Origin: an uncultured Clostridia bacterium
GTDB taxonomy: Bacteria > Bacillota > Clostridia > Oscillospirales > JAAYOS01
Direction: 5' to 3'
Length of the DNA: 37,053 bases
NCBI GenBank assembly: GCA_946566645.1
Contig: CAMNWZ010000002.1
Location: 1 to 37,053, forward strand
The translations under genes were made by a program, and so were the position numbers. The notes beneath the pieces were generated by a model. That model was not told the origin of the DNA. It searched no databases and was given only the letters and a program-made list of their open reading frames with translations. Shown here piece by piece: positions 33,065 to 37,053 of this stretch. The first letter of the stretch is position 1. Each line of letters starts with the position of its first letter.

Positions 33065-33625
33065 TCAGTCGAGATTCAGCCTCGGAAACTTCCGTGAAAT
33101 GAGCCTCGCTATCGCCGCCGCGGCGAGTCCGTATATGCTGCCGAGCAGCGCGCCGACGATAACGTCGCTCGGGTAGTGCACCTTCAGCCATATGCGCGAC
33201 AGCCCGACGAGCAGCGCGACCGCTATCGCCGCTATCGCTATTCCCCGATGCTTCCGCCAAACCGTTGCCGCATATGCGACCGCCGCCGCGAACGCGACCG
33301 ACGTGTGTCCCGACGGGAAGGACAGGTCGTGCGGAAGCAGCGCCGAGACGTGTATGTCGTACTTGACGTACGGCCGTGGACGCGCGACCAGCGGTTTTAT
33401 CGTGATGTTGGTGAATATCACGCTCAGCAGCAGCGCGACCGCCATCGCCACGCCCACCCGCCGCGTGCGCTTGGGTATGAGCAGCGCGAGCGCGAGCAGT
33501 ATCGGCAGCAGCCCGTGCTCGCAGAGTAGCGAGAACCCCTGCGCTATCACGTTCAGGAATGGGATGTCCAGCGAATCTATCGCGCGCAGTATTGAAATGT
33601 CGAAGTTTTCGATGAAGACAGGCAT
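33065..33625 (-). CDS. PAP2-family lipid phosphate phosphatase (undecaprenyl-diphosphate/PA phosphatase type)
   Basis: Complete tripartite motif: KPLVARPRP (KX6RP), PSGH and SRIWLKVHYPSDV (SRX5HX3D). GGAGG RBS. Confidence 0.87.
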   Translation of the reverse strand: MPVFIENFDISILRAIDSLDIPFLNVIAQGFSLLCEHGLLPILLALALLIPKRTRRVGVAMAVALLLSVIFTNITIKPLVARPRPYVKYDIHVSALLPHDLSFPSGHTSVAFAAAVAYAATVWRKHRGIAIAAIAVALLVGLSRIWLKVHYPSDVIVGALLGSIYGLAAAAIARLISRKFPRLNLD

Positions 33626-33670
33626 GGACTACCTCCGAGTGGTGGATAGTATTGAACGGCTTTGCATAAA

Positions 33671-33702
33671 GAGAGGAGGAAGCGCGTCGCCTCCTCCTCT
33701 CG
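33671..33702 (-). terminator. Probable terminator after the zinc-ribbon gene
   Basis: The stem pairs GAGAGGAGG (33671..33679) with CCTCCTCTC (33694..33702). On the minus strand it is followed by TTTATGC, a weak U-tract. Confidence 0.45.
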
Positions 33703-33713
33703 CTTGTTTGCGA

Positions 33714-34001
33714 TTACTGCTGAGCCTGCTCCTCGCGCATCTTCGCGAAGCACTCGCTGCAGTACACCGGGCGGTCGGTCTTAGGCTCGAAGGGCACGCG
33801 CGCCTCCTTGCCGCATGCCGCGCAGGTGGCGGTGAAATACTCACGCGGACCGCGGGCGGCAGCCTTGCGGGCGTCGCGGCAGCTCTTGCAGCGCTGCGGT
33901 TCGTTCTGGAAGCCGCGCTCCGCGTAGAACTCCTGCTCGCCTGCGGTAAAGACGAACTCCTGACCACACTCTTTGCAAACTAAAGTCTTATCCTCGTACA
34001 T
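33714..34001 (-). CDS. Double zinc-ribbon protein (CxxC-x17-CxxC type), function unknown
   Basis: Contains CKECGQEFVFTAGEQEFYAERGF.NEPQRCKSC and CAACGKEARVPF.P...RPVYCSEC. Confidence 0.8.
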   Translation of the reverse strand: MYEDKTLVCKECGQEFVFTAGEQEFYAERGFQNEPQRCKSCRDARKAAARGPREYFTATCAACGKEARVPFEPKTDRPVYCSECFAKMREEQAQQ

Positions 34002-34049
34002 TCCAAACCCTCTCTTTGCCCCTATGGACGTTTTTTACAATAACGGCGG

Positions 34050-34652
34050 TCAGCCGTTGTTGCCCCTTTCGCTGTCGGCGAGCTTCCTCCGTATCCGCGC
34101 GACGGCATTTTCCACCGACTTTCTGTTTTTGCCCAGTTTTGAGCCTATCTCCTCGGTGGTGAATCCTTCCAGGTACAGCCCGAGCACCGAACTCTCGAAC
34201 GCGCTCAGCTTCGCTCGGTACATCCCCAGACGCTCGTCGTAGCTCTCACGTTCGGAGAGCAGCTCGGCGGGGTCGGGGTCGCCGTAGGAGATGAGCCGGT
34301 CGCTGCCGATTACCTCCTCGTTCAGCTCGAGGTAGCCGTTGAGCGGCTGATGCTTCTCCCGTCCGGCGGCGCGCGTACCCGAAATTATTCTGTTTTTGAC
34401 GCAGCTCGAAGCGAACGCCGAGAACTTTCCGCGAGATGAGTCATACTCACGAATGGCGGACAGCAGCCCGAGCATTCCCTCCTGGATGAGATCCTCCGAG
34501 TCGCCGCCCGCAAGAAAATACGGACGCGCCGCGGCTCGAACCATAAAGAGATAGCGGGTCGCAAGCACGTTTTCCGCCTCGCGGTCGCCCCCGACAGCAA
34601 GCTCACAGAGCCGCTCGTCGGAAAAATTGTACAGTTCTTGGTAACTAAACAT
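34050..34652 (-). CDS. sigH: RNA polymerase sigma factor, SigH (Spo0H)-like
   Basis: Region 2 is DLIQEGMLGLLSAIREYD...FSAFASSCVKNRIISGTRAAGREKHQPLN, the SigH-specific pattern. The region 4 HTH is FTTEEIGSKLGKNRKSVENAVARIRRKL. Start at the second ATG (MFSYQ), preceded by AGGTG. TTGACA-16-TATAAT lies just upstream. Confidence 0.8.
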   Translation of the reverse strand: MFSYQELYNFSDERLCELAVGGDREAENVLATRYLFMVRAAARPYFLAGGDSEDLIQEGMLGLLSAIREYDSSRGKFSAFASSCVKNRIISGTRAAGREKHQPLNGYLELNEEVIGSDRLISYGDPDPAELLSERESYDERLGMYRAKLSAFESSVLGLYLEGFTTEEIGSKLGKNRKSVENAVARIRRKLADSERGNNG

Positions 34653-34735
34653 AAATGCACCTAAAAACATTATATATATTTCGGTGAAAATGTCAAGGAG
34701 TATTTTTCAAATTTCGACAAAACGTATGTCTGCGA

Positions 34736-34764
34736 TTGTTTTTTTGATTTGAGCGTGATATAAT
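34736..34764 (+). promoter_or_regulatory. Extended -10 promoter of trxA
   Basis: TTGTTT (34736..34741), a 17-nt spacer ending in TGA, then TATAAT (34759..34764), giving TGnTATAAT. Confidence 0.55.
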
Positions 34765-34817
34765 AACCAGTGAACGAAGGGACAGAAAGAACTTTTGGCG
34801 AAGAAAGGACGATAGTT

Positions 34818-35129
34818 ATGCTGCATATAACCAAGGACAACTGGGAGAGCGAAGTGCTGAAGAGCGACAAGCCGGTGCTCATCGATTTCTGGGCTGAGTG
34901 GTGCGGACCGTGCAAGGCGGCGGCGCCGATATTCGAGTCGATAGCCGAGAAGCACGGCGACCGCGTAAAGTTCGCCAAGCTGAACATCGACGAGGAGGGC
35001 GAGCTCGCGATGATGAACCGCGTGATGAGCATACCCACCTTTATGCTGTTCAAGGACGGACAGCAGCTGGACAAGATGATAGGCCTCAGCTCGGAGGAGG
35101 ATCTGGAAGAACTTATAGAGGGTCTTTAA
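34818..35129 (+). CDS. trxA: Thioredoxin
   Basis: Contains VLIDFWAEWCGPCK and a 103-aa thioredoxin fold. Start at MLHITK (an internal Met of the listed GTG ORF). Confidence 0.93.
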   Translation: MLHITKDNWESEVLKSDKPVLIDFWAEWCGPCKAAAPIFESIAEKHGDRVKFAKLNIDEEGELAMMNRVMSIPTFMLFKDGQQLDKMIGLSSEEDLEELIEGL

Positions 35130-35162
35130 TACGACCCAATACATAGAAGGGAACGGATAAAT

Positions 35163-35816
35163 ATGGATATGAAGATACGCCGCACTCTGCTCGGAGGATT
35201 CAACCGCCACGACGTGATAGTGTATATTGAGGAGCTGACCGCCGCGCGCGACCGCGAGACAGCCGACCTTAAGCGCGAGCTTGAGCGGGTGACCGCAGAG
35301 CGGGACGCGGCAAAGCGGCTGGGCGGAGACGCAAGCGCCCTTCGAGGCGAGCTGGAGGCGACCAAGCAGTCGCTGAACGAGCTGAGCGCGCGGGCGTCCG
35401 CCCTCGAGCAGAAGCTCGCCACGACCGAGACGCTCGCCGAGCAGCGCGGAGCGCGCCTCAGCGAGTATGAGCAGGCGGACATGAAGCTCAGCGACAAGCT
35501 CGCCGAGCTGGAGCGCGTCAAGGCTCGCGTGACCGACATCGAGCTTGAGGCGCACGACCGCGCCCGCCGCATAGAGCAGGACGCGCGCGAGGCATCGACC
35601 GCGGCACGCGCCGAGGCGGACAGGCTGATAGGTGACCTGCGCTGGCGGTTTGACGAGGCGCGCGGCACTGCCGGTCAGAGCCTCAACGGCGCGCTGCGCG
35701 AGATAGACGCCATGCGCGCGGCGCTCGAGCGGGTGCTCGCGGGATTTGACGAGACCGGCGCGCGTCTGAACAAGGTCAGCGCGAAAGAGAGCGACAATGG
35801 CGACGCGCAGAATTGA
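35163..35816 (+). CDS. DivIVA-like coiled-coil protein
   Basis: The N-terminus GFNRHDVIVYIEEL resembles the DivIVA lipid-binding head. The rest is Ala/Glu/Arg/Leu-rich heptad-like coiled coil. Confidence 0.65.
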   Translation: MDMKIRRTLLGGFNRHDVIVYIEELTAARDRETADLKRELERVTAERDAAKRLGGDASALRGELEATKQSLNELSARASALEQKLATTETLAEQRGARLSEYEQADMKLSDKLAELERVKARVTDIELEAHDRARRIEQDAREASTAARAEADRLIGDLRWRFDEARGTAGQSLNGALREIDAMRAALERVLAGFDETGARLNKVSAKESDNGDAQN

Positions 35817-36327
35817 CGCGTCCGAGCTGAAAACCGTCGCGCCCGAGCTGCGTGCCGGCGACCGCGTAATACTCAGCGGCAGGATATACACCGCGCGGGA
35901 CGCGGCGCACCGTCGCATCTTCGAGCTGCTCGACGCGGGGGAGAAGCCCCCGTTTGAGATTGCGGGAGCGGCGATATACTACGCGGGTCCCACGCCCGCG
36001 CGGGAGGGCATGGCGGTCGGAAGCTGCGGCCCCACGACCAGCGGTCGCATGGACGCGTTTTCACCGCGGCTGCTCGACCTCGGGCTTTCGGCGATGATAG
36101 GCAAGGGCATGCGCTCGGAGGACGTGTGCAGGGCGATCGAGCGGAACGGCGCGGTCTATCTGTGCGCGGTCGGCGGCGCGGGCGCACTTATTGCCAAGAG
36201 CGTGAAGTCGGCAAAGGAGATAGCCTTTCTCGACCTCGGCTGCGAGTCGGTAAAGGAGCTTATCGTCGACGAGCTGCCGCTGACGGTGGGCATCGACTGC
36301 GTCGGCGGGAACATGTTCAAAAGATAG
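35797..36327 (+). CDS. Fe-S type hydro-lyase beta subunit (class I fumarate hydratase C-terminal domain / tartrate dehydratase TtdB family)
   Basis: LSGRIYTARDAAHRR......IYYAGPTP......GSCGPTTSGRMD......IGKG.R is the family signature. It overlaps the upstream gene by 20 nt. Confidence 0.85.
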   Translation: MATRRIDASELKTVAPELRAGDRVILSGRIYTARDAAHRRIFELLDAGEKPPFEIAGAAIYYAGPTPAREGMAVGSCGPTTSGRMDAFSPRLLDLGLSAMIGKGMRSEDVCRAIERNGAVYLCAVGGAGALIAKSVKSAKEIAFLDLGCESVKELIVDELPLTVGIDCVGGNMFKR

Positions 36328-36361
36328 TAGAAAATTTCCGGAAAACCAAATAAAACCGACC

Positions 36362-36400
36362 GATCCCGTGCATACTCTGTGCGGGATCTTTTATTTGTTT
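36362..36400 (+). terminator. Intrinsic terminator
   Basis: GATCCCGTGC (36362..36371) pairs with GTGCGGGATC (36380..36389): 10 bp including 2 G-U. It is followed by TTTTATTTGTTTTTT. Confidence 0.65.
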
Positions 36401-36415
36401 TTTCGGAGGTTTACG

Positions 36416-37053
36416 ATGAAAAGAATTGCTTGCGTACCTATTCTTGCGGCGATGCTCATTTCGCTGCTCAGCTCCTGCGGAGGCGGAGGAGGCGGGGAGA
36501 CCCCGTCGGTAACGCCGTCGTCGGTCGCTCCGCCGAGCTATTCGGCGCCGGTGAGCAGCGAGCCTATCGACGAGATAGAGCTTCCGCTGACCGACGAGGA
36601 GGTCGAGTTCGAGTATTGGATGCCGAACAGCCAGTCGTTCGAGGGATTCGCGTCCTACGACGACAACCTGTTCTATCAGTGGATGACCGACCAGACCGGA
36701 GTCGCGATACGCTGGGTGCATCCGCCCGCCGGAAGCGAGAAGGAGAACTTCCAGACACTCGTGCTGTCCGGCGAGTATCCCGACTTCGTCCACCGCGTGG
36801 CGAACTACTACGACGGCGGCGTGGACAAGGCGATAAGCGATCAGTTTCTTATCCGGCTCAATGACAAGGTGGACGAGCTGATGCCGAACTACCGCGCGGT
36901 TGTATATTCTAATGAGGAGACCTTTGTCCAGTGCGTAAGCGACGAGGGCAACCTGTGGGGGATACACCACATCGTCGACACCCCGCAGGGTTCGTGGATG
37001 GGACTGGGCGTGCGCCAGGACTGGCTCGACCGCGCGGGCATGACGGTGGAGAA
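36416..37053 (+). CDS. ABC transporter extracellular solute-binding lipoprotein (carbohydrate family-1 type), N-terminal part; continues past the window edge
   Basis: ATG at 36416, 7 nt after GGAGG. My own translation gives MKRIACVPILAAMLISLLSSCGGGGGGETPS... (lipobox LLSSC), then ...FEYWMPNSQ...FYQWMTDQTGV...ENFQTLVLSGEYPD..., typical of large sugar-binding lipoproteins. It is absent from the ORF track because it is open-ended. Confidence 0.8.
   Translation, partial: MKRIACVPILAAMLISLLSSCGGGGGGETPSVTPSSVAPPSYSAPVSSEPIDEIELPLTDEEVEFEYWMPNSQSFEGFASYDDNLFYQWMTDQTGVAIRWVHPPAGSEKENFQTLVLSGEYPDFVHRVANYYDGGVDKAISDQFLIRLNDKVDELMPNYRAVVYSNEETFVQCVSDEGNLWGIHHIVDTPQGSWMGLGVRQDWLDRAGMTVE

Noticed and set aside
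629-35918. Many very long ORFs lie antisense to, or out of frame with, the genes called above. Examples are 629..1765(+), 2469..3641(-), 3745..4824(-), 4707..5840(-), 7448..8581(-), 11641..13419(+), 14830..16161(+), 17326..18738(+), 18509..20221(+), 20516..21562(+), 22383..23408(-), 31076..32488(-) and 34707..35918(-).
   Set aside because: Each one lies opposite a gene with unmistakable family motifs. Their translations are low-complexity Arg/His/Val/Leu/Ala/Glu strings with no motifs, no RBS and no membrane or fold logic. Stop-poor antisense frames are the expected by-product of GC-rich codon usage, not a hidden overlapping gene system.
36317-36970. 217-aa minus ORF and 161-aa plus ORF (36379..36864) at the right end.
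   Set aside because: The open-ended frame starting at 36416 encodes a textbook lipoprotein signal and solute-binding protein sequence. The listed ORFs are its shadows.
1-37053. Search for CRISPR repeats, IS/transposase or integrase genes, tRNA/rRNA genes, toxin-antitoxin pairs, reverse transcriptases and other defence-island hallmarks.
   Set aside because: Reading both strands, I found no direct-repeat arrays, no recombinase or nuclease motifs and no cloverleaf-sized conserved RNA other than the SRP RNA. The window reads as core chromosome, so I make no defence-system claim.

Overview
This looks like a high-GC (roughly 60% by eye) Firmicutes/Clostridia-type chromosomal segment, densely packed with core genes in alternating strand blocks. 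I saw no rRNA, tRNA, CRISPR array, transposase, integrase or phage genes, and no recognisable defence island.

Gene content, left to right:
- der (partial), a DUF512 PDZ/radical-SAM gene, rpmF and yceD on the minus strand.
- A RluA-family pseudouridine synthase, then a potABC / MBL-hydrolase / potD / SLH-only operon on the plus strand.
- An Lsa-family ABC-F gene behind a long structured leader.
- feoAB, copA-csoR, an S41-like lipoprotein, and a marR / GH3 beta-glucosidase / unknown operon on the minus strand.
- ylxM-ffh-rpsP-KH-rimM-trmD on the plus strand.
- recR-ybaB-dnaX preceded by a Bacillus-type SRP RNA on the minus strand.
- A small membrane/lipid-enzyme neighbourhood: TVP38, PAP2_3, an MptpB-like phosphatase, YcxB-like and a second PAP2.
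- sigH, a zinc-ribbon gene, trxA, a DivIVA-like coiled-coil gene, an orphan Fe-S hydro-lyase beta subunit, and the start of a solute-binding lipoprotein.

The many long ORFs antisense to these genes are shadow ORFs typical of high-GC coding DNA.

Items most worth follow-up:
- A terminator/antiterminator leader with candidate uORFs in front of the ABC-F gene.
- A copA whose C-terminal metal-binding domain looks like a read-through-fused copZ that still carries its own Shine-Dalgarno and ATG.
- A TVP38 / PAP2_3 / MptpB-like phosphatase operon that may be a lipid head-group module.
- An S41-like lipoprotein that appears to lack both catalytic residues.
- An orphan minus-strand terminator (possible sRNA) plus a half-HTH mini-ORF in the trmD-recR gap.

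All calls come from reading the sequence and remembering family motifs. No searches were run.
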